A stretch of DNA of 63,915 bases, filler included, from Octopus bimaculoides (Eukaryota), in assembly GCF_001194135.2 (NCBI RefSeq). It is 4 parts of 4 records of this genome, joined end to end, with 100 filler letters (N's around TTAATTAATTAA, not from the genome) between each part and the next. Parts side by side here need not be neighbours in the genome. Positions count along the whole stretch, not along the records: positions 37,741 to 62,689 come from NC_068990.1; positions 62,790 to 63,915 come from NW_026399588.1; 2 more parts are not named here. The stretch is one strand, 5' to 3'. The notes beneath the pieces were generated by a model that was not told where the DNA came from, made no database searches, and saw nothing but the letters and a program-made list of their open reading frames with translations. Within the stretch, counting starts at the first letter, position 1; each line of letters starts with the position of its first letter. Shown piece by piece: positions 52,738 through 63,915 of this stretch. The position numbers and the translations under genes are program-made.

Positions 52738-52929
52738 ACCAACCACTGATCACTGATTTTACGAATTGTGCGTAAGAATCATGTCTAATTACTTTCGATT
52801 TCCTTATATCAGTTACAGAGAACTAGAGAAACTAAAAACAGTGGCCAAATATGCCTCGAACCAATCGTTAACGCTTTATGAAATGATACATTGCATAATC
52901 TTGTCTGCAGTATACTATGTTTGGAAAAA

Positions 52930-53000
52930 ATTAAGATGGCCGAGATTGGATGTGCTTTGATCACAGGATTGCTTGATGTGAAGTGACCCTGGTTTAAACA
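52930..53000 (+). mobile_element. Repeat family F tail
   Basis: GCTTTGATCACAGG.TTGCTTGAT...GACCCTGG.TTAAACAATAACAAC, followed by an AAC/CAT mosaic to about 53200. Confidence 0.45.
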
Positions 53001-53818
53001 ATAACAACAACAATATTAGCATTATCATCATTGCCATCATCATCAACAACAACAAAATCAACAATATAAACAACCACCAACCACCACTACCACCAACACC
53101 ACCTTCATTGTCATCCTCACTATCACAGCCACAGTCAACATCAACTAGTAACAACATCAATAACAACAACACCGTCATCGACTATAACAACCAGAACAGC
53201 AACAATGTAAAAAACAAAGAAAAAAAATTAAAAAAAAAACTTAACGAAGAAAGATGGAGGTGGGTGAACGGATGAGGTGAAGGGGATGAAGGACTTCCCA
53301 CATATGGGAATTCAATTAATTTCTATGTGTACATCATTAAATTTAAGTTGAACAGAAATTTAATTAGCTTGCCAACGCTCTTCCACTCTGCCATATAGCA
53401 GCGATTTTACAATTGGCATCAACGGAAGGTGTCATTTCATTGAATACAATCTTTTTGTCATCTGACTGGAAAAATTCCACTTTTAATTGAATCAAATTAC
53501 TTGTCGGTCACGGACTAATTACACTAAATAAATTTCATTAAATTTTACTGTGTATCTGAATTACAGTTTCCTCCCCTTTAATGACAGCCAGCTTTTCAAC
53601 AAATACATCAGATTCTGCTCAGAGCCGTACACCACACCGTCGCACACAGCTCAACACCACAACACAACACTTCGTAACACACACCGCCCCACGTCATGCC
53701 ACATCATCACACTACAACATACACACAACATCGCGCGGCACACCTCTCACCATACAAGACATTTACTCACTATCGCATGCACTTTGTCTGTCTCTATCTA
53801 TCTGTGAGTCTATCTGCT

Positions 53819-53868
<50 letters not shown>

Positions 53869-54530
53869 NNNNNNNNNNNNNNNNNNNNNNNNNNNNNNNN
53901 NNNNNNNNNNNNNNNNNNNNNNNNNNNNNNNNNNNNNNNNNNNNNNNNNNNNNNNNNNNNNNNNNNNNNNNNNNNNNNNNNNNNNNNNNNNNNNNNNNNN
54001 NNNNNNNNNNNNNNNNNNNNNNNNNNNNNNNNNNNNNNNNNNNNNNNNNNNNNNNNNNNNNNNNNNNNNNNNNNNNNNNNNNNNNNNNNNNNNNNNNNNN
54101 NNNNNNNNNNNNNNNNNNNNNNNNNNNNNNNNNNNNNNNNNNNNNNNNNNNNNNNNNNNNNNNNNNNNNNNNNNNNNNNNNNNNNNNNNNNNNNNNNNNN
54201 NNNNNNNNNNNNNNNNNNNNNNNNNNNNNNNNNNNNNNNNNNNNNNNNNNNNNNNNNNNNNNNNNNNNNNNNNNNNNNNNNNNNNNNNNNNNNNNNNNNN
54301 NNNNNNNNNNNNNNNNNNNNNNNNNNNNNNNNNNNNNNNNNNNNNNNNNNNNNNNNNNNNNNNNNNNNNNNNNNNNNNNNNNNNNNNNNNNNNNNNNNNN
54401 NNNNNNNNNNNNNNNNNNNNNNNNNNNNNNNNNNNNNNNNNNNNNNNNNNNNNNNNNNNNNNNNNNNNNNNNNNNNNNNNNNNNNNNNNNNNNNNNNNNN
54501 NNNNNNNNNNNNNNNNNNNNNNNNNNNNNN

Positions 54531-54564
<34 letters not shown>

Positions 54565-54992
54565 TACACACACAAACACAGAAAGAGTGGGTGAAAGAGA
54601 GAGAGAGAGTGAGGCAGTGTTTTATCAATAAATTTAACCGCATGTTTGTATGTGCGCACATGTGTGTGTTTGTGTGTTTACGTGTGTGTGTGTGTGTGTG
54701 TGTGAATGTCAATATTAGAGCGAGTATATATATATATATATAGCTTTGGCTGTAATCATACGTAGGTATGCGCACGTGTGTCCAAGCGCATTTAACTATA
54801 ATTATACATATATACATTAATTACATTATTAATTAATTTAATGTATATATACTTGTACATAGTAAACAAAAATACGTACGAAAGCATATGTACACGCATG
54901 CTGTAACACACAAAACACACATATACATGCATACACCCGTTCAAATTCTATATACATGTGAATGGTTGAAAGAGTGTGTTTGGATGTAAATG

Positions 54993-55047
<55 letters not shown>

Positions 55048-55062
55048 GAATATAGAACGTAG

Positions 55063-55150
55063 GCATGGCTGAGAGGCTAAGAAATTTGTTTCGTAACCTT
55101 GAGAAGCCGTTTTGAATCCCTTTGCATGACATTCATATACCATACCCTTG
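55063..55150 (+). mobile_element. SINE family B, degenerate head
   Basis: GTAGGCATGGCTGAGAGGCTAAGAAATTTGTTTCG.AACC. Confidence 0.45.
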
Positions 55151-55488
55151 GGTGGACAGCAGGTTTTTAGTGTAATATGATAGGCAAATACTGCATAAAA
55201 ATTCATCGGATATATCTTACTTATTAGAATGCACGTATCTGTGGAATGTTTAATCTCTTATATGTCTATTTAGTTAATGAAACAACTGCGTGCCTATAAT
55301 CTAAACTAACGGGGGCTGGGGCATCCTTCAAGTGTACATATGTAATAATAAATTACATATATACACTAAGAGTAATACATGTTAGAACGAAAATCATGAT
55401 GGACTAATTCTAATAAAAGTTTTAAATAAACCGTTTGTTTAATTAGGTCAAGCGCCGAGGAATATGAAATGAAATATGTTTTTAAAAG

Positions 55489-55635
55489 GGTTCTAAATTT
55501 TTGCACAAGGCCAGCAATTTTAGATGAAGAATAAATTGAATGCATTGATCTGGTCAGTGCTCAATTGGCAATTTGTTTGATCGACCCCGAAAGGATAAAA
55601 GGAAAAGTGAAACTAAATAGAATTTGAGCTCAGAC
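55489..55635 (-). mobile_element. SINE family A, degenerate
   Basis: AAATTTTTGCACAAGGCCAGCAATTT...ATCGACCCCGAAAGGA...GAATTTGAGCTCAG. Confidence 0.6.
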
Positions 55636-56530
55636 GTGATAAGTAGGAACAAAAATCTATTCTAAGATATTTACACTGATGACCTACCATTTCGACCGAG
55701 AGCAAATGATGAAGAAACATCAGTCAAAACTGCTTGAAATTTCTCATTACTCTTAAAAAAAAAATTGGAAAATGGTCATGTCTGAAACATCTTCCAGCAT
55801 AGATTTGCTCGATATGATCTGTAGTAGTATTAAACAACAAGGACATCAACTTTGTACTATGAGTTCAAATTCAGTTGAGACCAACATGGCTTTTAAGAAA
55901 ATTTACCCATCTAGAACAGCAGATTGACAGAACTGTAAGAATGCTGGACAGTATGACTCGTGGTATTTGTTCCAGCTCTATACATTCTGAGTTCAAGTCA
56001 TTCTATCATACCCCTGTATAACACTACCATCTGACATCTTGGGTGCTTTTAGCATGATCCCACATTGGATCGAGTTTCCAGTTGGAGGATACTTTCTTGT
56101 TTTCCTCCCAGCAATTGTGTAGATCCTGTGAACAATCATGTGTATTGCCTTCCTTTTGAATTAAAAGATTTAAAAAAATTAAAAATACAATTCAGCCAAC
56201 TTACAGGCGCTAAATTGTGCTTAAAATTACTTGCAAAGAAACAAAAAGGGATTAGGAAAATCAAGCGGTTTCAAAAGTTGTTCAAAAAGCATAAATATTT
56301 TACCATTCACTATACAGATTTAGAACGGTACAACTTCTCCACGGGTAACCATTTTAGCACGCGCGTGCGCAAGCGTACACACACACATACCACAAGCACA
56401 CACATGCACATGCGCGCGCACTCGAACAAACAAACATCAAAAGACGCCATCAGGATAATTGAGAAACCATACCAATATAGTGACCGTTAAGCATTATAAA
56501 CATAAGCTCTCCCTCTCTCTCCCTCTTTCT

Positions 56531-56588
<58 letters not shown>

Positions 56589-57194
56589 GTCTNNNNNNNN
56601 NNNNNNNNNNNNNNNNNNNNNNNNNNNNNNNNNNNNNNNNNNNNNNNNNNNNNNNNNNNNNNNNNNNNNNNNNNNNNNNNNNNNNNNNNNNNNNNNNNNN
56701 NNNNNNNNNNNNNNNNNNNNNNNNNNNNNNNNNNNNNNNNNNNNNNNNNNNNNNNNNNNNNNNNNNNNNNNNNNNNNNNNNNNNNNNNNNNNNNNNNNNN
56801 NNNNNNNNNNNNNNNNNNNNNNNNNNNNNNNNNNNNNNNNNNNNNNNNNNNNNNNNNNNNNNNNNNNNNNNNNNNNNNNNNNNNNNNNNNNNNNNNNNNN
56901 NNNNNNNNNNNNNNNNNNNNNNNNNNNNNNNNNNNNNNNNNNNNNNNNNNNNNNNNNNNNNNNNNNNNNNNNNNNNNNNNNNNNNNNNNNNNNNNNNNNN
57001 NNNNNNNNNNNNNNNNNNNNNNNNNNNNNNNNNNNNNNNNNNNNNNNNNNNNNNNNNNNNNNNNNNNNNNNNNNNNNNNNNNNNNNNNNNNNNNNNNNNN
57101 NNNNNNNNNNNNNNNNNNNNNNNNNNNNNNNNNNNNNNNNNNNNNNNNNNNNNNNNNNNNNNNNNNNNNNNNNNNNNNNNNNNNNNNNNNNNNN

Positions 57195-57229
<35 letters not shown>

Positions 57230-58497
57230 AACACGAAGGGAGGAATTTTGATTATCCCTACGTGGTGAGTTGTATAAAGCAAAAAATATATATAAGATAT
57301 ACAGAAAATGCATGCACTTTACATAGTTTTAATATATTTTTTAAATATAAATTATGTTTGTCGACCGGTTTCGCTATCGCTAAGCACGACATTGAAATTA
57401 TTGTAATTTCATATTTTATTATTAAGAAGATTTTTTTCTATGTTGTGTGTGAACAAGTTTATGATTGAATGATTCAACAAGGGGAGGTAATTCGTGATCG
57501 TTTTTGTTGTGGACAGGGGAAGTAATTTTTCATCTTTAAGGAATCCGTATTGCGGGGACCGAATCTGTTCCTTATGTAGTGTGGTTCTCTGTCACAGTGT
57601 CATACTTGTCTGTTCTATGTAGTTATGTCCACAACCTGAGAAAGTTATAACATAATTTAGATTCTCGGAAGTACAAGTGAAGTTGGTCTTTATTGTGAAC
57701 CTCTCTCCTTGTTTGACTAGGAATTACGAGTCCTCTAGTAGGTTGGAGTATGTTCCACAGTTTGGGCGTCCACATTTTTTAACCGTTGGTTTCGTGGATG
57801 TTGTGTAAAGCTTGTTAGAAGTCTTTTTAGCGATTTGTGTTGCTTTTTGCAATTGATTAATCTATGTGCTTTCAGAATGTCATTCACTTTTTGGATCTCT
57901 AATGTGCATAGGCAGATTTTGTACAATAGTCTTGTATGCCTCATTGTTTCTAGGATTGTGAGTTGATATATATAGTAGTGTTTTGAGATGAGGTATGGTG
58001 TTACGTTTTGTTGCCTTTCGTGTTTTATTATCTAATTTTTTAGCACACTTAATCCCATAGTCAATAAGTGAGGGTAGATATTGTCTTTCAGTTAATGTTG
58101 TTCTGAGGTCTTGAGGACGAAAGTTTCGAGTATTTCTATCAGACACTATTGTGCAAATCATTTTTGCTAAATTAAAGGGGACATTTCTTTCGGTGTGTTT
58201 AGGAATGATAGATATCAATTATAATTTGTTTGTTGACCTTTTTTATCATAATATCCAAAAAGGGGAACTGTTCTTTGCTATATTCCATTGTGAATTGAAT
58301 GTTAGGGTTTATATTATTTAGTATTGATTTGAATTCCAAAAGTTTATCAATGTTCCTCTTCCCAATGATAAAGCAGTCATCTAGGTATCTTTTCCAGTTT
58401 TCTCGTATATAATGGTGCAATAGATATCCATATATGGTGAATTCAAAATAACCCATTATTAGGTTCACAAGAACAAGAGCTGCTTTCATCCCCATCG
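57230..58497 (-). mobile_element. Decayed Penelope-like retroelement (Neptune-like): RT, thumb, Cys linker, GIY-YIG and 3' tail
   Basis: RT: MGMKAA..NLIMGY..WKRYLDDCFII..INPNIQFTME..FPFLD. Thumb: NVPFNLAKMICTIVSD..RQYLPSLID. Linker and EN: KKCGRPNCGT..TNFTCTSENLNYVITFSGCGHNYIEQTSMTL*QRTTLHKEQI. Contains stops, frameshifts and deletions; the tail ends at (AC)n. Confidence 0.9.
57359..57391 (-). ncRNA. Minimal hammerhead remnant in the PLE 3' tail
   Basis: Minus strand TGTC-GTGCTTA-GCGATAGC-GAAACCGGTC-GACA: 4-bp stem I, 2-bp stem II with GATA loop, ACCGGT palindrome, GUC triplet. The CTGANGA core carries three substitutions. Confidence 0.6.
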
Positions 58498-58499
58498 CA

Positions 58500-58800
58500 A
58501 TTTCGCATTTCGTCCGTTTTTACGTTTTGAGTTCAAATGCCGTCGGAGATGACTTCGCTTTTCATCCATGCGGGGTCGATAAACTAAGTACCATTTAAGC
58601 CCTGAGGTCGCTGTAATCGACTTTCCGCCCCCGCCCCTTCAATTTCAATTCTTGTGTTTATAGTAGAACGAAATGACAGAATCGTTAAAGCGTTAAAGTA
58701 AATGTTTCGCGGTATGACTTGTGGGTTTTTACACCCAGGGTTCAAATTTTACAGAAACTAACATTGCTTCCCATTCTTTCGAGATCGATAAAATGAAGTG
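58500..58800 (+). mobile_element. Two tandem SINE family A copies bounding the PLE 5' end
   Basis: CATTTCGTCCG...GAGTTCAAATGCCG...GGGGTCGATAAACTAAGTACC, then a second head GACAGAATCGTTA...GGGTTCAAATT. Confidence 0.65.
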
Positions 58801-60440
58801 CCATTCTACCCTTGATCCAAAATCAGAAACAAATATTATTTTTTTTGTTTGTTTTATTTTGACACTGCTGTCTTCTTTATTTTAGTTATTTAATTCTAAG
58901 GTTTTATATATTTATGATTATTTCATGGTTGAATATTTTTTTGTTTTTATTTTTTGCCATATTATTTCAGTTGTGAAGAGTTAATAAGTATCAGATTAGA
59001 AATCCTACGGAGTTCCGGCTAAAATTTCACTATGATCAGTTATTATTTCAAGTTAGTCACGAATCATTTTCAACCCATTCCAAGAAAATATCTAACAAAA
59101 ACAAAAAAAATCCCTTAAACAAACCAACAATAACATAAATATACAAATATATGTATATGTGTGTATGCATGTGTAATTTATAATATGAACATATATGTAT
59201 ATACGTGTGTGTCTGTATACATTTACACGCATATACACACACACATAATGTACTACACACATGCAGACACACACACACACATATATAGATTACATTGGCA
59301 GAGAAAGGCAGGAAACTGTATTAAAAACAAAAACAACATAATCAATAATAACAACATCAACAATAACAACTATGAAATATTAGAACAGTATGGCAATTTT
59401 AGTGATATGAATCTTATTAGATAATGAAATGATATTAAATACGATAAATAAATAATGAACGAATGACAAAGATGATGAAACAATCGGCACAACATTTGAC
59501 AGCAACAACAATAACAATACAACGTCGACGAAGACGACGGCAACGGTAACAACAGCATCGGCGGCAGTAACAGCAGCAGCAAAAACAACAACAATGATAT
59601 CCAGAACAAAAACAACGGTCTGTGTGGTGGGCGTTATCAATGTTGTCGTATTTGTGAGCATTATTGCAACGTTGATGAAGATTGATGGCGATAATGTCGG
59701 ATGTTATAGATATCGTAATGGTGGTGGTGGTCTTAGTGGCGGCGGTGGTGGTGGNNNNNNNNNNNNNNNNNNNNNNNNNNNNNNNNNNNNNNNNNNNNNN
59801 NNNNNNNNNNNNNNNNNNNNNNNNNNNNNNNNNNNNNNNNNNNNNNNNNNNNNNNNNNNNNNNNNNNNNNNNNNNNNNNNNNNNNNNNNNNNNNNNNNNN
59901 NNNNNNNNNNNNNNNNNNNNNNNNNNNNNNNNNNNNNNNNNNNNNNNNNNNNNNNNNNNNNNNNNNNNNNNNNNNNNNNNNNNNNNNNNNNNNNNNNNNN
60001 NNNNNNNNNNNNNNNNNNNNNNNNNNNNNNNNNNNNNNNNNNNNNNNNNNNNNNNNNNNNNNNNNNNNNNNNNNNNNNNNNNNNNNNNNNNNNNNNNNNN
60101 NNNNNNNNNNNNNNNNNNNNNNNNNNNNNNNNNNNNNNNNNNNNNNNNNNNNNNNNNNNNNNNNNNNNNNNNNNNNNNNNNNNNNNNNNNNNNNNNNNNN
60201 NNNNNNNNNNNNNNNNNNNNNNNNNNNNNNNNNNNNNNNNNNNNNNNNNNNNNNNNNNNNNNNNNNNNNNNNNNNNNNNNNNNNNNNNNNNNNNNNNNNN
60301 NNNNNNNNNNNNNNNNNNNNNNNNNNNNNNNNNNNNNNNNNNNNNNNNNNNNNNNNNNNNNNNNNNNNNNNNNNNNNNNNNNNNNNNNNNNNNNNNNNNN
60401 NNNNNNNNNNNNNNNNNNNNNNNNNNNNNNNNNNNNNNNN

Positions 60441-60473
<33 letters not shown>

Positions 60474-60597
60474 GTATGTGTGTGTAAGTAGGTATTTATG
60501 CTTGTCTGTAGGTATGTAATGAATTGAGTCAAAGAAATGAGAGAAGAGTAATAGATACTTGTTGTTGGGCATATCGTTTATTGAAAGTGTGTGTTTA

Positions 60598-60640
60598 TAT
60601 CGTGACTCAAGTTTCACGCCACTGAAATCTTTATGCGAGA
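60598..60640 (-). ncRNA. Decayed hammerhead remnant within a probable PLE tail (about 60490-60640)
   Basis: Minus strand GAAACTTGAGTC is one transition from the ACTCGAGT palindrome plus GUC; core ATAAAGA versus CTGAAGA; followed by AATAAAC, a pyrimidine tract and then an (AC)/(AT)n tract. Confidence 0.38.
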
Positions 60641-60999
60641 ATGTTTACCACACGATTTTGGTTCTAAATTCATATTCATTCGTTGTGCTCCGTTCCAGAT
60701 GACATGACGCACTTTTAATTTGCTTATTCTTTCTAAATTTATCTGTTCATCTAGTTATTGACTTTCTTTCATCAAGTTCGTTTTGATTTGTTTTTAGTTA
60801 AGTTTATTTTGGTGTACACCGCTGTTTGTTTTGCTAAAGTTTTGTTTTTGCTTGTTTTAACACTCGCTTGGGACTTATGTCCACCCTATTTAATTTTGGT
60901 TGGCTATTTGTAGTTCGATTGTTGTGGGTCTATATTTTTGAGTGTGTAGTGGGTCTCCCTGTTATGTCTTATCTCATATGCATACATATGTAGTTCCAA

Positions 61000-61432
61000 G
61001 ATACATCTCACGGATTTTCTGTGACGCTTCATCAGTGGTGTTTCTGGAGTCTTAAGGAGTTCCAGTTATTTCCATATCACCCTCGCCCAGTTAACCAAGC
61101 CGAGGTTAATAACATCTCAGTTTATATCATACTAGTTATTACACACTGGTTTACTCTCTTTATCCAACTCTTTATCCAAATCCATATAGTCACCTTCTCT
61201 GCTACCCTGCAGTAGCAAACAATCCGCCTGTCCCTTCCGCTTTATCCAAAGCCACCTAGTGATCTTCTCTGAAACATCGGTGATGGAATCGATGGCCCTC
61301 TTCTATGGTGCGCGAGTAATTCCAGTCTATATTTAATGCCTGCCTAGCTTCCCCCATGTCTTTGGTCGCTGCAACTCCTCTAGAAGCTCCTGATATCTGG
61401 CAAGCTTTCTTTCACGAGCCTCCTTCTTGTGT
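61000..61432 (-). pseudogene. HERO-like (RLE) non-LTR retrotransposon 3' end and UTR
   Basis: Translations EARERKLARYQELLEE and KRAIDSITDVSEKITRWLWIKR match the recalled HERO-type C-terminus. The downstream CTGGGCGAGGGTG...CACTGATGA...GATGTAT resembles recalled HERO 3' UTRs. Confidence 0.62.
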
Positions 61433-61989
61433 TGTTTCCGAGATATAGTCAATTCTCATATAAACACTTGTTTAATGAAACTTGAGACGTTAACTATATC
61501 TGAGTGGTGTATACACATACAAACACACATACTTACATACATACTGACACACATACACACATACAGACACACATACTGATGCGCAAGCACACACACAATT
61601 TAAAAGAAACTTTGCTAATATGACGCCAAATTTCCCTAGTTCGTTCGTCAATTAATTTGCTCTCTAAATTTATCTTGCTCTAGCGCTATATCGAATTGGT
61701 TTGTAGTTCTATTATTTATGTTTCTAGGGAAATACTAATGAATCTCATAGAAGTGTTATCCACAAGGTGCATACAAACGGCAACGAAGGTGGTTGGAAGT
61801 TTTAATGGTCATTATGTCAGTTACAATTAAATTTGGAAGAGAATTATTACAAGGTATTTATAAAATTTATTTAATTTTAAATAATTTTTACCTCAGTTAC
61901 ATTGCAAATATTACTTAGTAACAATTACTACCTTAAGAGAATGGTAAAAAAACTATAAATTAAAAGTTTTTCTCCTCACCTTTACACCT

Positions 61990-62022
61990 GAATTATTATA
62001 TATATGTGGATATATATATATA

Positions 62023-62069
<47 letters not shown>

Positions 62070-62360
62070 ATGTGCGTGTGTGTGTGTATAAACATATATA
62101 TATGTATGAATATATATATGTATATTATATACACATATATACATATATACATGTATATATATATATATATACATATACATTATATATATATGCTTATTAC
62201 ACAAATGCATAGATGCATATATGTGTGCGTTTATGAAGACATAGATATACATTTGTAAATGTATGTATGTATATATATATATATGTATATATATATATGT
62301 ACATATATACATACATACACACACACATACATACATACATACATACATACATACATACGT
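61990..62360. repeat. Compound (GT)n/(AT)n/(CATA)n microsatellites
   Basis: Directly visible. Confidence 0.95.
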
Positions 62361-62539
62361 GCATACGCTTGCACTTATAGTATTTGCATGCACAGTATTA
62401 GTCAGCTCTGGTGCCAAGAAAATGTGGGTTCACCTTAGCCTTCCGCTCCAGACTCTTACATGAAGTACAAGGTAAGTACAGAGCACTGCGTTCATTAATA
62501 AATGAATGACAAAGGAACATGTTGACCAAAACACTTTCA

Positions 62540-62623
62540 CTAGCTTACAACTGTTTCGGCTATAAATAGCCATGCACCCGAATTTGAATTCTGCTGCGAC
62601 ATATTATTGCTTCATTAGATACA
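62540..62623 (-). ncRNA. Decayed hammerhead-like motif with long stem II
   Basis: Minus strand CTAATGAAGC...GGCTATTTATAGCC-GAAACAGTTGTA-AGCTAG: near-palindrome ACAG(C>T)TGT with a GUA triplet. Related to 4836-4908; stem I pairing is poor. Confidence 0.38.
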
Positions 62624-62689
62624 GTACATGAAGTGTGTATGTGTGTGTGTGTGTGTATGTATTTGTGTGTGTGTGTGTGTGTGTGTGTG

Positions 62690-62789
62690 NNNNNNNNNNN
62701 NNNNNNNNNNNNNNNNNNNNNNNNNNNNNNNNNTTAATTAATTAANNNNNNNNNNNNNNNNNNNNNNNNNNNNNNNNNNNNNNNNNNNN
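62690..62789. other. Synthetic 100-bp scaffolding spacer
   Basis: 44 N + TTAATTAATTAA (62734-62745) + 44 N. Confidence 0.95.
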
Positions 62790-62790
62790 C

Positions 62791-63915
<1,125 letters not shown>

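Noticed and set aside
56065-56490. 141-aa plus-strand ORF with an internal strong acceptor at 56111
   Set aside because: AT-rich, Lys-biased, runs into a microsatellite; no recognisable domain.
59000-59050. Minus-strand CTGATCA...GGAACTCCGTA pattern
   Set aside because: Core, GAAA and stem I are all mismatched.
62406-62471. Candidate exon upstream of the ZNF with an AAG|GTAAGT donor
   Set aside because: Weak acceptor; it probably lies in the antisense tail of the 62540 hammerhead element; linkage to the ZNF crosses an artificial spacer.

Overview
Repeat-dense, AT-rich eukaryotic scaffold with many N gaps, almost certainly from an octopus or other coleoid cephalopod. That assignment is inferred from the [22 protein letters not shown] zinc-finger array, the extreme microsatellite load and the tRNA-derived SINE families. 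The only securely coding feature is a tandem C2H2 zinc-finger exon at the right edge (62791->63915, +). It has at least 11 fingers, continues beyond the window and is broken by small assembly gaps. The rest is dominated by dozens of copies of several tRNA-derived SINE families (my labels A-F), decayed Penelope-like elements (one Neptune-like RT+GIY-YIG copy and two Naiad-like fragments), and fragments of RLE-type non-LTR elements (R4/Dong-like and HERO-like). Micro- and minisatellites are abundant, and there are a few weak candidate exons. The most interesting signal I read from the sequence is a set of 7-8 type I hammerhead-ribozyme remnants with palindromic stem III. One is attached to the 3' end of the Penelope ORF. 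Most sit roughly 100-200 bp upstream of a microsatellite, which suggests microsatellite-associated, ribozyme-bearing Penelope tails or retrozyme-like elements. Other leads are zinc-finger linker codons that A-to-I editing could restore to TGEKP, and a SINE family that carries its own internal microsatellite. Most ORFs in the supplied track are artefacts of N runs or microsatellites. Repeat family assignments rest on within-window self-similarity and recalled motifs, not on database searches, and SINE boundaries are approximate.
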